From assembly GCA_951804945.1 (NCBI GenBank), contig OX638154.1:50282001-50346000 (forward strand): a stretch of DNA of 64,000 nt. The letters are read 5' to 3'. This document shows positions 24,543 through 38,750 of this stretch, in pieces. Origin of the DNA: Podarcis cretensis (lineage: Eukaryota). Position 1 is the stretch's first letter. Every line of letters starts with the position of its first letter. The notes under the pieces were generated by a model. The model was not told where the DNA came from, did no database searches, and saw only the letters and a program-made list of their open reading frames with translations. The translations under genes and the position numbers were made by a program.

Positions 24543-27500
24543 CCGTCAGCCAGCAACCTCCCTCTGTTTGCTGGGTAAAGGAGAGGAGGTCCAGGAGAAG
24601 GAACCTCTGCTTTAGAACCCCTTCCCAGAATTTACAGCAGACAGGAACTAGATGATGTCAAGAGAGGGTAGACGTGGGAAGGGGCCTTCTCCAGCTGAAA
24701 TGCCAGACCCCTCCTCAGTGAATAATAGTAATAAGACATTGCAATAAATTTTTATGGGCATAAGGAAATTTTTAGCCAATTGGCATTGAAAAACACAAAT
24801 TGCTCCTATATAAGAGGCTGGAAAAGGGGGATAAGTTAAGGCAACAGCCAAAGAAAAGAGTATCATGTTTTCTGGATCTTTCTCCTTGTCCATCCCGTTC
24901 CTCTAGTTGGGAAAAGAGATATGCCTCATTCCACTGAGTATGTTTAACCACCACCGTTCATAGCACAAGGAAGAGCAATCCTCTTGGTATGGATTCTACC
25001 AGACCACCTGTGGTTTTACACTCTAATAATCTCCAAATAGCACATTCTTGGTCAACACTTCTTGCAAGTCTGGGCCAAGATATATTTTATGTAGGCAGCA
25101 CATTACAATGCCTGGCGATGCCATCATGTGATACCTGCCATGTCATTGCTGATGTTGGATCAAAAACAGTAAGGAACAATGGGATCTTGTTTCAGTGAAG
25201 TTTGCATTGGTATGTGTGCTAATGTTACTTGCAGTATTCCTTCACCAAACGTCTGCTCACGCAGCGGTGCAAATTCAGGTATGTGCCATGTGCATAGGCC
25301 AGAATCAGAAAACTGTTCCATTAATGTAAATTTTCTGGAATTTGTGGTGTCACTCCTGATATCTACATAACTCTGAGCAGGCTGTGACCTCAGCCATTTT
25401 ATCAAATACACCATCTGACATAAACTTTTTCAGTAGCAGCCATACTCTGCAAGCACTGTGAGTGCATGCTGGAGTCTTTTTGCTGTCAGTTTTGCGACAT
25501 TAAAAGCACCTTTAAAAATAGTAATAATAATAATAAAGGTTCTTACTGAAGAGAGTGCGCAACATCTTTCAAGGTAGTCTAAGTGTGTTGGGTCTGTTGC
25601 ATTTTCCATCAGATGGTGCAGTCATTGCCTTTTACTCTTGTAACTGTGGCTGTGCATGTGTCACAGTCATCTAGGATGCAGCCGATAACATTTTTAATGA
25701 ATAGTGATTCAGCTCCATCCAACCTCTGGTTAGTCACATTCAGCTGGTGACTGAACCCTATCTTAAAAGTTTTCTATTATTTTCATTTTAGTAACTAAGA
25801 GGTCATGCAGTTCCTGTGTGGGAGTACATACAATGGGATTCTTTAAAAGAATGTTGCTCATATAAGCCACTGAATTTTTAAAAATCTCTTAAAGATTTTT
25901 CTCTCTTTCTTCATTTGCAGTTTGAGCATTCCCCTCTGCACAGTGAGTCTGTGGGAGCACACATTTTGCCTGCTGGAGAACAGCAGAAGGGCACCGCTGC
26001 CACAAACCTGCCCCCAAAATGTCAAAGTGCAACAGACTCTTGTGCTGTTGCATATGATATTTATGCTGCCAATGGCTAAATGTGCAAAAGCTGCTTCAAG
26101 TGCTTTATGGTTAAGGTGATTTGAGAGTATATAGTCACGGTCATTGATCTGTAGAAAGATCCATGGCCAAAAGTTATATTGTTTTCTCCTGCTGGAAGAG
26201 TATAAGATGAGGAAAATGGAACTCTGAGAATCTTTTCATGCTTGCTAACATGGGGGCAGCTTGTCTCATGAGCAGCTCTTTTGTGGCCTTAAGTTAGGGG
26301 ACATGTCTGGCTCTGGAAGCGCATGCTTGCAGCAGATAGCAGTGGTGGTTCCAGTGACAATTGACTTATCCAACCAACCGTGCTGTGAAAACCAATTTAA
26401 ATGGCTACCCACAGATACTATCTCCATGCATTCATTGCAACACAGCCTGAGCTTACAATCCTGTGCTCAGGCATTTGGGAGTAGGGTTGAACAGATTGGT
26501 CTACTTCTCATCCATGTCAGCTTTTCATGTGTTTATTTATAAACCAGTTCTATCATGTTTCCACATTAATTTTCAGATTTCTTTTTTAAAAATCCATATG
26601 AAAATTAAATGTAAATGTAGATTGAAATACATACCTAGAGTGGCTGGGGAGGCCCAGATGGGTGAGGTATAAATAATAAATTATTATTATTATTATTTGC
26701 ATAGTTCATCATAACATATGAATTTTATATATTTATTTGGATTATATATATATATCTACACATAAATATATTTCAAGTGTTTCAAAACATATTCAGTATG
26801 AAAATAAAAATAATGGCTACATGCTACAGCCCAGCTACTGTAATTTACAGTACAGTACTGTAATTTACAGCTAGTGTAAATACTAAATTTATTGGGTATT
26901 ATGTTACTCCTTTCACTTTCTCTAGTTGCAAGACCCCTTCCCAAAACAGGCACTCAGATCCAGTAAGATGCAAAAGGCATGTTAAACAGAAAGAAAGAAA
27001 GAAAAGAAGTGAGGACTAACACTAAGTCAAGTTCTGCTGCAGAAAAAAACAATTGTGAATTATGAGTGCCACAGTCTTTTTTTTAAACAACAACAGCAAC
27101 CACATTTTGGTACATTTTTAGGCCAAATAGTGAATTGTAAAATTTGGAGAAGTGCGAAATCCAAAGCATAATTACATTTCAATCCATGTATTAGTCTGGG
27201 AGGTGTGAATGAGATCAGTTCACTTAAAATGCAGACTAAACCAAATTCTTCTCCATCCCTACCTTGGTGTAAGCACCACTGAACATAGTGGGAATTCTGA
27301 GAAAAAAATGTACAGGCTTGCACTTGTAGTGGGAATTTCTCCCCACATCACTGTAGCTCTCCTCGCCCCCTCCAATCAAACAGGCTTGTTGTAGCTCAGG
27401 AAACCCCCCAGACCTGGCTGTTCTGTGTTGTGGGCCTTGCTGCACTGGGGCAGTTGCCATGGCAAACAGTTCTGTGTTACCTGACCAGAGCACCTGCTGT

Positions 27501-30500
27501 CTTTTGCCATTAGCAGTAGCTACTCTCCGCAGAGTCTCGGCTTGCGGAAACTTTTCAGCACTTCTTAGACTCCCAGAACCTAGAGTACAAAAAAAATAGG
27601 AAGACATTTAGTGAGGTGGCAATCCATCCTAGGTCCTGTTGGAACCGAAGGGAATTCGTCATATCAGATGGAAAGCTCCTTGTGCCCTTGTTTGATTTTG
27701 CCTCTTCTTCGGCATGCAAAATCTCCCTGCTACTCTTTCCCCACTCTCTGCTTTACCCTCTTAAGGCAGGAGTAACCAATGTGCTGTCGTCCAGGTGTAG
27801 CTGCACTCCAACCCCCTCCAGCTCCACTCAGCATGGCATGGCCAATGGTCCAGGAAAATGGGAGTTGTAGTCCAGCAACACCTTAAGGGCATGCCTCCAG
27901 ATGGCTATGCCTGCTATCATTCTTCTGATTCAATTCACCGGAGGCCTCTTGCAGCCTCCTTGAATAAATTCCACTCTGTATTATTTGTTTAGTCCCTGTA
28001 GAATTTCTCTTGAGTTGCTTCATGCAGACTCTGGGCCTCTGGGGAGCTTAGGTGCTTTGGAAACCAATCCCTTTGCCTGACAATATTTTTTAATAGATGC
28101 ATCTCTGAACCCCCTAAGCAAAAATTAGCTGAACTCTATACGGCCCTTTGAAAGTGAGGAAATGGAGAGATTGTCAAGTCTGTTTCAGTGTGAGTCAGCA
28201 ACAGAAGCAAGCGATGAAGCCTGGCTTCCCAACACAACCTTTTCCTCTCTTTGCCTTTATCCTTTTAGCTTAATATAGCTGGAAAGGGTATGGGTATCCT
28301 CTTTTTTTAAAAAAAGAAAACCCTACACTGAGGCACACCAATAAATGTTAGTGTCTATTTTGTATGGGAATGAAAAATGTCAAGGCTTATTCATTATGGA
28401 ACAGCAGGTTGTGTTGTCAGGAAAATGCCAGGCATGTGAAAAGGGAGCAGAACACCAGACTGTCTAAAATCCACATTCTCTCTGGTTCCTGAAACAAAGA
28501 GCTGCTTTTTGGGGTTTACTGATTATTTGGTTTGCCTGTGCCATTGCATATGCATGCCAGTAGTTCATCGCTTTTTACACTTTGGCAAGACAATGGCCCT
28601 CTTTCTGTTCTCTGTTCTGATTTGGCTTCACTCTGGTTTGTTTTAGTTTGGTCTGCTTTTTAAAGCAGGAATATCCTGATTTGCACTTCCTAGATGAATA
28701 CATAGATTAGGGTGCAGCCATCCTTTTGCACTTCTCTGGATTTTGTGATTTTTACACTCAAAATGTACAAATACATAAAATGCATATTTTAGATTAGAAT
28801 GTGTATGAAATTTGTGCACTGTGAAAAAATACATTTAAAAATAATGTTGATTTTTCTGTTTTGTTTTGTTTTAAAATAACCACTGATTGCTGCAAAAACA
28901 TAAAGGAACAGACTTATGAATGAACACATGCAAAGCTGATCAATCCATCCCTAGTGCCAGTGGGTGGCAGTGTTTCGCTACGTCCAACCTCAAGGTTGCT
29001 CCACACATTTGAGGCTCCCTTGTTTTCTCTGTACAGTTTTGCATGCAAGTACACGGCCAAAGGATGTGAATTAAGCAGTACGCAGTAGCACGTTTGCAGG
29101 ATAAGTGCAGCACTTCCCCAGGCCCCACCCTGCAATTATGGGAATTGTTCAAATCCTCTTCATGTACTGCTGGTTTACACTAATATTTCCCCACACAGTG
29201 GTGTGATCCTGTAAAGAAAACACATGGGAGACCTTGAATATGTGACATGACCCAAAAGCATTTAAATTGCAGGGAAGAAAGAATGGTGGTAACCTGTAAG
29301 GCACAGTGTGCTTTTTTTTACCTAATGACAGCCGGACACACTCTTTTGGAGATCATGACAGACTGCCAGCTCTGTGTTGCTTTTTCCTTAATCCTAAACA
29401 CATTGCTAAGGAAATAAGCCCCATCAATTCCAATGATACTTCTTTCCACCATCAGAATGCTGGTTGTAAAGGTGTAGTGAATGCCTATTGCAGGACTTGG
29501 ATTACACAAATTGCAAGGGGTTCAGAGGAGACCCAGCCCATTACCTTTTGTGATGGTTGCTGTTTATAGAAGGTTAGGGAGTGTGCGTGTGTGGTTTGAC
29601 TAAAACTGAGGAGCATGTCAATATAATTGATTTGATCAAGGCTCGGCAGAGACTTGCCCCGACACCATCTTCGTCAGTCAGAAACAGAGAATAAATGAGC
29701 TTTGAATCTGAGCAATGAAATGGAACATTGTCCCCAACACAATGCCTATCTTGTGATGGGATTTTGAGGCCTTATGTTTTTGGTTGAAGAGGAGGCTTTG
29801 GCCTTCCACTTACTGTGTGGTGGTGGCAACTTTGGAGTTGTGACAAAGGAGGGGTGTAGCTGAAAGAATTGCAATCTAGAAGTTTCCTTCTTTTGTGTTT
29901 CTTCCTTTTGTGTGTCTTTCTCTGGCCCCTCGTTGGCATCCATCTGTCTTGAGAGGCAATGAAAGAGCGCACCATTGTGGGTAAAGCCAAACCGTTGGAG
30001 GGTTACAGCACCTGCTGTGCCTGAACAGATATGAGAGAGACTTGTTTTATTGCAGCTGGGGCAGATGAAGGCATCCAATTTCGCTGTTGCAGATGCACCA
30101 TGGCGTTTCCTTGTTTCCTACCTTACAAATATGGTTAATTGAGCTCAGGAGGTGGCTACTGTAGCCTAGTGGGGAACTATGGAAATCAGCTTTAGAAGGT
30201 CTGCTGATGAGCTGTTACATAATTAGCCCCCATAGGAAGTCCATTACTAGTTCCATTGTTCTCTTTCCCAGCCTATACTCTTTCTTCCTCTTCTTCCAAT
30301 GTTATCTCCTTTAGAATGGAGGTTGCTAGGGACTTGCAAACATCTTCATCTATATGTATTTCTGTTGCTGTGCATTCTCAGCTTATGCACATTGGCACAT
30401 TATTTTCCAAGTTCCATAGGACAGACTAGAACCAATGTAAACCAGTGCACCTCCACTGGAGTGAGTAGTTCAGATGCTCAGGTGAAGCAGATCTGTGCCA

Positions 30501-33500
30501 TGTTGCTATGGATCTTGGCCACCATTTGAGTGGGCCATGCCTCTGGTTCTGAGGTGGGTCCATTGCATTTCCTTCTCTTATCCTGTGGCGTAATGCCAGC
30601 AGCAATGGGAAGAAAAAGAAACACTATAGTATATGTGTGTATATATATAGAATAACCTATAGTTTCTATTTCTATTGTATATTTATTCTGTAAATGTTGG
30701 TGTAAATTCTGTTAAATGACAAAGCATATTCCAAAGTGATCCGTGAACTATTTTCATTCTCAGTGCTGTACAGATCTATTTTACTGTATATTTGATATAT
30801 TTATAATTTTTTAGTGTACGACTGGTGACCACACCCTGCTGAGCTGCCCACTTGGGGGTGGGGTGGGTGGGGAGAGCACAGAAGGGCACTGCCTTCATTA
30901 TTTCTGTGGAAATATAACAGTATTACATTGTGGCATTTTGCTAGGCGTTAGAATTGGGAAGTGGTGGGATTAAATGTTAGATGCCTTGAGCAGTTGCTCC
31001 ATCGAGTCTCCTTGTGTTAGGGCTTGTAACTGCTGTTGTGTGTGTGTGTGTGTTTTATTAGGGTTAGCTCTATCTATAATGCAGTCACTTTCAAAGCCAT
31101 TCCATAGCTTTACGTTATGATGGATGTTCTCAGTAGATGACCATGCCTTGAAGGTGTCCAAAATTTATGGCTCATTCCTGTCAGGGATAAAACAGGCACA
31201 CTACATGCTTTTGTGACCATGTCCAGGCTATATTTCATAATTACAAGAATGAGCCAGAAATTATGATCACTGTTGAACTGAAGTACAGAAATGGGTGGTG
31301 TTAGATGGGGCGCTTCTGAAGTCAAATTTGACCTTCCTCTTCATTGTGGGGAGGGCCAAGTGGCCTTTATATAGATATACACACCTGTTGTTTGCATGAC
31401 CCAACTTTGCTAAATAGTAGCCATCATATGATGACAGATCAGTTGAGAATATTCTCAGAAAAAAATAATAATCCTGATCTGTCATTGAGCTGGCCCCTTT
31501 AGTTGATACCTGATCCGACCACTTAGGATATCTAGTTTCTTATAGCACACACTACAACTTCCAGAAAGCACAAAAGCCCAGATGGGAAAAAGCAATATTC
31601 CAGTGGCCCTTCCATTCAATGCCCCTATCTGGAATGTATCCCATAGTTCTAGTATTTTCACTCTAAGTACTCAGGAGCTATTGAGTGAATCCACTTGGTA
31701 GGGGTCCTTTTCTTTTACACATTCGTTCTATGTATCCTGATCCTTCAGGCACAATCAGGTCATACCAGGTTTCTGCCTTTTGGTGTAGCCACATAAATAC
31801 TGAAGTTGCTGAAATGTTTACCCTATGGAGGAATGCCAGTCATACTCAGCACACTAGTTTTATATGTTTAACTTGGCTAGCAGCCTCCAGACAATAGCAC
31901 AGGCAACAGAGGAAATTTACATTCCAATCCAGAAAATGAAGTCTCTATGTAGTACCAAGTTCCACATGCAGGTTTAATTCTTTGGATCAAGATCTGTGGG
32001 CATAAACTGGCTGCATCTAAATGTGAGTGCCATCAGTTTGTGCTGTGTTGCTTTTGGTTTGATACAGATCCAGGTGTGCATCCCCACCTGCAATGCAAAT
32101 CAGTCAGATCAGAGCTGGATGGACTTCAGACACCCTCGTTGCTTGACAATATACGCCTTTTTATCTTGTCATGAGAAGGGCTTGAAGCCAAAGCCTTCCG
32201 ATTTTAACCATGGCGCCTCTGTTGCTTTAGCTAAAGAGTGGAAGAGGTGAGCTTTTCAAGAGTACAGGGAATGTAGTTGCCAATGAAATCTGAAAGCATA
32301 AATCCATAGATATGGCTGGTTTATCATGTGGGGAAGTAAAACAATGAATTGACTGTAGATGGAGTAAATAGTCTTATATTAACAGTCCAGTCCTATGCAG
32401 AGTTAAATGTGCTTCATTTTGCATAGGTTCAGCCTGCACATTGACCACATGGTGGGTTCATCCTGTAGCAATGACAAATTGAGTAGACTTGGCCACATCA
32501 GAAAAGAGCCCAACGTTCTTAGTCCTTGGGTATCATCCATTGGAGCTTGGCTGAGCTCGCCAGTGTTTTCTACTTTAAATTACCAATACCTGGCATTCCA
32601 GGAGTTGAGGGAAATGCTAATCATTTACCCAATAAGGCCGCTCTGGATTAACTTTACTCTTACCAGCTGATAGTTTTCACGTTGCCTCAAAACTGCTTAA
32701 TAAACCTTGGCAACCCCATCCTCCATCACCTTTAGATCAAACTGCTTGTAACATAATGAGCTGCAGTTTTAATCAAATATTTAGCTAAAATAAAATAAGG
32801 TAGCTGCTAATGCAACAGGGAATCAGGTTCCTGACCCTGCACTCTTAACCAATTGTCCCCCCTTCCCCTGATCTCTTACAGGGACAAGCTTTTTCTAAAT
32901 GATCAACTATTACTCGATCTTCTTGCTAGAGCCATGTCTTTTAGATTTTTAAAGTAGCAGTGGGTCCAACAGGTAGCCATGAGGGATGTCAGCACAAGAC
33001 AGGAACTCTGAATCCTTCACTCTGCTGTGAAAGGATTCTTACCTCCAGCTGTGGAGCATCCCCTTCACCGCAGCACAGTGGCATCACATTGGTGTACTTG
33101 ATATAGCAGGTCTATGCAGAACCACTCAGAGATCTGTTCCAAAAGAAGACCCCCCAATGAGATGTTGTCTTGTTCTGGGAAAACACTGTGCTATCGATAC
33201 CTTGGCAGAATGGCGGAGGTTTCCCAGAATCCACTGTGGAGGTTGTTTGGCAACCAAAGGCCCAATTCAGCAGTGGAATACAAATATCCATTGACTTCAT
33301 AGCAAGCCCCAAGAGGTAGATGCAAGTAGTATTGTTAGCCTGAAGACAACTCGGGTGTCCTGGGGGAAGAGGCAACGAGAGGGTGCACTTGAGCCTAGCA
33401 TCCAGTGCCTGACAGGCTGGCCTCAATAGCTGGGCCCTAAATCCCTAACTGGGATGCCTCTAACTGCAGTGAGGAAAGCAGAACTTGGAGCAGGTGTGGT

Positions 33501-34096
33501 GGCGCTGGCGAGTTTTCTAAACTTTCATGCAATGAAAAACATGGGAAGTACATGTCTCTCATGAAACTTTGCTGTAGAAATAAAAACAGCAGCACAGATT
33601 GTAGTGATTTGTCTCATATACAGTGTAGCCAGTGTAAGCACCATATGCACCCTGTGTCAGCGGGAGAATTCTGTTGTATGGGAGAAATACTGTAACAACT
33701 CCACAGCAGCCTGCAATTAAAAGAGTTTCTTCTTTATTACCATGCAATGTCTCCTGGGTCTCCTTTTTTGCTTCTACATAATGCCAGGTCATTGGGGAGC
33801 ACTTGTCGTTAAGCTCTTGAGGAAAGAAGGGTATGGCCCGGTGCACAACTCTTAACTCACAAAGAAATCCTTTATTCCGATCACACCAGGACTGGAGAGA
33901 TGGTGCTGCTACATCAACAGAACAGCTGTAGTATCCAGTGCATACTAGACCAAGGGGGTAGGGGGGACACAACCAGAAAATGTAAAAAAAAAAATGGCAT
34001 CAAAGTGGCAGGCATTCAACACACATGCACACTGCGGTGTCCCTGGAAGCTCCGTCAGTGTCCAGAAATTGTGGATTATGCTTGTAATTTTTGTTT

Positions 34097-34620
34097 GTTT
34101 ATTTTATTTATTTATTTATTTATTGAATTTATATGCCACCCTATACCCAGGGGTCTCAGGGTGGTTCACAGAATAAAATCAAGATATAAAACCACAAAAT
34201 ACATAATAAAAATAAAAACAACAACCCAATAGCCTCCCCCCCCCCAACACATTTTAAAAGGGCATAAGATGTAAATCAGATCAACCAAATGCCTGGTTAA
34301 AAAGGAAAGTTTTTTCCTGGTGCCTCAAGGTGTTTAATGAAGACTGCAGGCGAAATTCCCTGGAGAGGGCATTCCACAGATGGGGAGCCACTGCAGAGAA
34401 GGCCCGTTCTCATGTTGCCGAGGACGAGGCACATGAAGGAGGGCCTCAGAGGATGATCTCGGGGTCCAGGTAGGTTCATATGGAAAGAGGCGGTCCTTGA
34501 GGTACTGCAGTCCTGAGCCATTTAAGGCTTTGTAGGTCAAAACCAGCACTTTGAATTGGGCCCGGAAACTAATTGGTAGCCAGTGCAGTCGGACCAGTAT
34601 TAGTGTAATACGCTCAAATT
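34097..34620 (-). mobile_element. L2-clade LINE 3' fragment
   Basis: Minus-strand peptide LVLTYKALNGSGLQYLKDRLFPYEP...RSSSEALLH is typical of the end of L2 ORF2; (TTTA)n tail at ~34103-34124. Related fragments at ~34625-34990 and ~53398-53680. Confidence 0.75.
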
Positions 34621-36173
34621 TGTATTATTAATTTTGTATCCCTGCCTTCGCCCCATAGGAGCCCAGGGTGGCAAGCATCAAGAGTTAAAAACGGTACAAT
34701 TTAAAATAAAACACATTTAAAACACTTTAAAATGTTTTTTTAAAAACAGAAAGAACTTTAAAAACAACTTTAAAAAACAAAAAGCACTTTAAAAACATTT
34801 AGAACTTCTAAAAACATTTAAAACCAATATACTCGGTTATTAATGTTATAGTTGCCATGGCCAGTATCTATTACCCATCCTGGGTAAACAGGTATGTTTT
34901 TAGATTTCTCCTGCAAGTCAATAATGAGGGAGACAGGATGACCTATCCAGGGTGGGCATTCCACAAATGGGTCACCACCAACAAGAAGGACTTGTACACA
35001 CCAACTGGAAAGGAGCCGCTGGACTCACATGCTGCCCAAACTTAGAGGGAGCCAGTGAACTCATGACAATGGGGGCACGTGCCCAGTGCACAGCCTACAT
35101 TGCAACACACAGCAGCATAGCACTGACAGTTCTTCTGTCCTAGCAGCATATCCAGGTAAGAGCCCATTTCCGCCTATCCCAGATGTTCCTACAGGTAAAG
35201 GGCATCCTCTTGTTCTGGCAAAGACAACAGTGGTGTCAAATGCTAATTGATAAAAAGCCACTGTTCAATACCCAATGTTGGGAAGTAGGGTTGCCACTGA
35301 TTCCAGAATGTAAAATTTCCTAACTGCCCCACTGCTCCAGGGAAACATGCCTAGGCTCCAGGTGCGCAGGCTGATTTCTGCATGCAGGTCCATCACTTAC
35401 AGTGTCAAGCCACAGGAAAATATTTTCCTGCCAAGTTGTTTCTAATGTGGAACATATTGTGGTCATGTTATTAGGTTTAAAATGCCGAGAACATTATTTA
35501 ATTTCTGATTGATTCTACAGAAATTGTCGGAAGAGTTCCGCACTAACAGCAGCCTCGTCCCTGGGATTGGTGAAAGAAATGAAGCCACTGCGGTGTTGGT
35601 ATAAGCACAAGATGTCTCCCTGCTCCATGAGAACTGGCCAAAGCTCCTCTAATCTTGTTGATTTCCTCCCTTTCCAATACGTTGGCATTTTTGTTACTTT
35701 GGCACAAAAAGCATAGACTCCCTACATTGTGTACCAGAAGAGAGCCAAATGTTTTTTACTGTAACAATCTGATGTGGTTTCTGAAGGATTTCAGGATAAT
35801 ATTACCCCGTTACTTTAGGAACAGATAACCTTTGCCTTAACAGCTGTTAACCAGCATAGCTCAATTGACTTTCACAATTCCAGAATTCAGCATCTTTGAG
35901 GGTGGGTCATGGTGAGAACTGTTTACTAGTATTCACTGTCTCCTTACTAGCAAACAGAACATGCCAAGTGGGGAAAGGGAAGGTACTTGCTTCCAGGCCC
36001 AAGGATGTCTCTTTAAGGACTTCACTTCTCAGCCAGCGGAGTGGGTATGGAACTGGACCTAAAAGGATATAGAAGGCATAAATCAGAGCTAGGACTCCAT
36101 CACGCACAGTGATCTGTCCATGGTCCTGCAAAGCTTTGTGCTTCTATTCCTGGGCAAAAGGTGAGCCCTAAAC

Positions 36174-36309
36174 CAGGCATAGGCAAACTCTGGCCCTCCA
36201 GATGTTTGGGACTACAATTCCCATCATCCCTAGCTAACAGGACCAGTGGTCACGGATGATGGGAATTGTAGTCTCAAACATCTGGAGGGCCGGAGTTTGC
36301 CTTTGCCTG
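36174..36309. mobile_element. Hairpin hAT-type MITE (136 bp)
   Basis: Near-perfect palindrome CAGGCATAGGCAAACT...AGTTTGCCTTTGCCTG, flanked by a perfect 8-bp TSD CCCTAAAC (36166-73 and 36310-17). Confidence 0.92.
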
Positions 36310-37914
36310 CCCTAAACCATTGCTCTCTCAATTCATCACTCCATCTGCAGGTGATGAATTGGGAGGGGGGAGGGTTGGCCTTTTTTTTTTTTTTTTCATT
36401 TGAAGGGGGTTGCAATTTGGGTCCTAAAATACCTCCCAAATAGTTTTCTTGGGGGGGCTTGAAATTTTAGTGGGGGCAGTTCTTATCCTTCCTGCTCTTT
36501 TCTTTCCAGTTCCTTCCTGCTTTTCTTTAACTTTGTCTAAAATTGCCTCCGTGTTGCTGCTGCCATAGCACACGGGTGGTTGTCAGAACATTGCTGCTAC
36601 ACTATCAAAGCTATTAAAATCTTACAGAAAAGAAGAAAACAGTTCAAACGAGGCAGGAGGAACATCCCACTACAATTGTAAGCTCCTCCCCATAATCATT
36701 AACTCCCTCCATTTTAGTCTAGCTTAAGAGTTTTGGTCACAATGACACCCCAAATTTGGATGAACCCCTCAACCTCACCCCACACGTATACATGCAAAAC
36801 CAATCCTACTCTGGACCTGTATTGGTTCTTGCTATCACCCTGACGTTGGGGTGGATCCCTCATCCCACCCTCCACTTCCGTGACTGTCCATAATCTCTGC
36901 TGCCTTGGTACAGGGTACAGTAATTATCAAGGCATTATCCTTGCTTTATGTTGACAGTGGAGTACAATGCCTTGGCAGCCCAAAAAAAGCAGAGCAGCAC
37001 CACTAATAATTAGTCAGAAATGAGAGATAATTTGATAAAGACTTACTTTGGAATCCTCCCAATTACACCGGCTCCCTTTTAATGTTTCGTGTTTTTGTTG
37101 CTGCTTCTCGAGATTAGCCAATTAGTTAACCATGGTATTTGGGGTAGAAAATCTATGCCTAATCCTTTCATCATACCAAAGATTTCTGCCTTAATTATAA
37201 CAGTGTTACAGGCTGGCACTTTCTTTAGTTTTGGGGCTGAGCTCTGCACCCTTAACAGCAGACAGCAATGGCTGATGAAGCATCATTCCAAATGTGCAAA
37301 CAGTGAGCATAACTGCAGTTCTAAATGCAGAGACTGTGCCTGGCTGGATTGCTAGTCCTTGCTCTGCTAATTTAATTCCTTCCATTTACCAGGCTCCTTT
37401 GGCTCAGGCAGAACTAAGCGGAACCTTTTCCCCATAATACAGTTCTGAGCTGCTCTTTATGACTTAATTACAATCTTTTTTTTTAAAAAAAAAAAACCTC
37501 CTTTCTTTTGGTGATGGAAATAAGCCCAAAGTATGAGGCAATCTGGGCTAGGGAATTGCACTTAGATAGGCAGGTACTCAGCGGGGAGAAGCAGAAAGGG
37601 CTCTCTGGGAAATCCAAATATAATCTTATAGATGATAAACCCTACCTCCCATCATCTTTGACCATTGGCCATGCTTGCTGGGGCTGATGGGAGCTGGAGT
37701 CCCACAACATCTGGAGGACCACAGGTCCTCTACCCCTGGTCAACTTTATACCTGACTGAGCATTAATTAATGCATAGATGTCACAGAAATAAGCCCATTT
37801 ACTTTAAATCAACAAGGTGATAGACCTCAGTTGATAACATTGCTAGAGTTACTACAATTTTCAGAAACACACACAAAATATACTCTCAAAATATACAGGT
37901 TTTTTGGGTGCAAT

Positions 37915-38750
37915 ATAATGTTGAATACATCCAACAGCAAGCTACTAGCCACAGTTGCTCTGCTCTGCTTCCACAACTGGAGGAAGTATATTTCTGAATA
38001 CCAGGTGCTGAAAACTGCAAGAGGGGAGAGGGCTCTCATGCTCAGATCCTGCTTGTGGGTTTCACACAGGCATCTGGTTGGCCATTGTGAGAACATGATG
38101 CTGGACTGGATGAGCCATTGGCCTGCTCCAGCAGGCTCCTCTTATGTTCTTGTGTGTTACTCTAGATAATTTACCCCATCTCTGAAACTCATCATCTCTA
38201 AAAGATGAAACTTCAAATTTCCAGCAAGGCTTCCTAGAGAAGTCTGAGTTGGGTGGGAGGGAGAGATATTTACCTGGAAGAAAGGCTCAGTTTTATACAT
38301 GAAACAGAATTTCCACTATGCACCATAAGGAGCAAGTAGGCAGAGAGAAGTTTTTCTCCCTCTCTCATAATACTATTGAAGCTGAACGTTGAAAAGATTC
38401 AGGATAGAGAAAAGAAAGTACTTACTCATGCAGCGCACAGTTAAACAATGGCATTTGCTCCCACAAGGAGGAGTGGTGGCCACCAGCGTAGATGTCTTTA
38501 ACACAGAATCTGAGAAATTAATGAAGGATAAGACTAGCAGTGGCTACTAGCCATGATGGTTATGTTCTGCCTCCACTGTCAGATGCATATGCATCAGAAT
38601 ACCAATGGCAGGGGATGGTAAGTAGGGAGAGTGCTGTTCCATTTGTGCCCTGATTGCAGGTTTCCTAAAGGCATCTGGTTGGTCACTGGAACAACAGAAT
38701 GCTAGACTAGATGGGACTCTGGCCTGACCCAGCAGAACTGAGGTTCTTAT
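37915..38750 (+). mobile_element. Old CR1-like 3' fragments (two adjacent pieces)
   Basis: agattcaggatagagaaaagaaagtac... and ggcatctggttggccattgtgagaacatgatgctggactggatg tails; similar tail at ~56050-56135. Confidence 0.6.
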
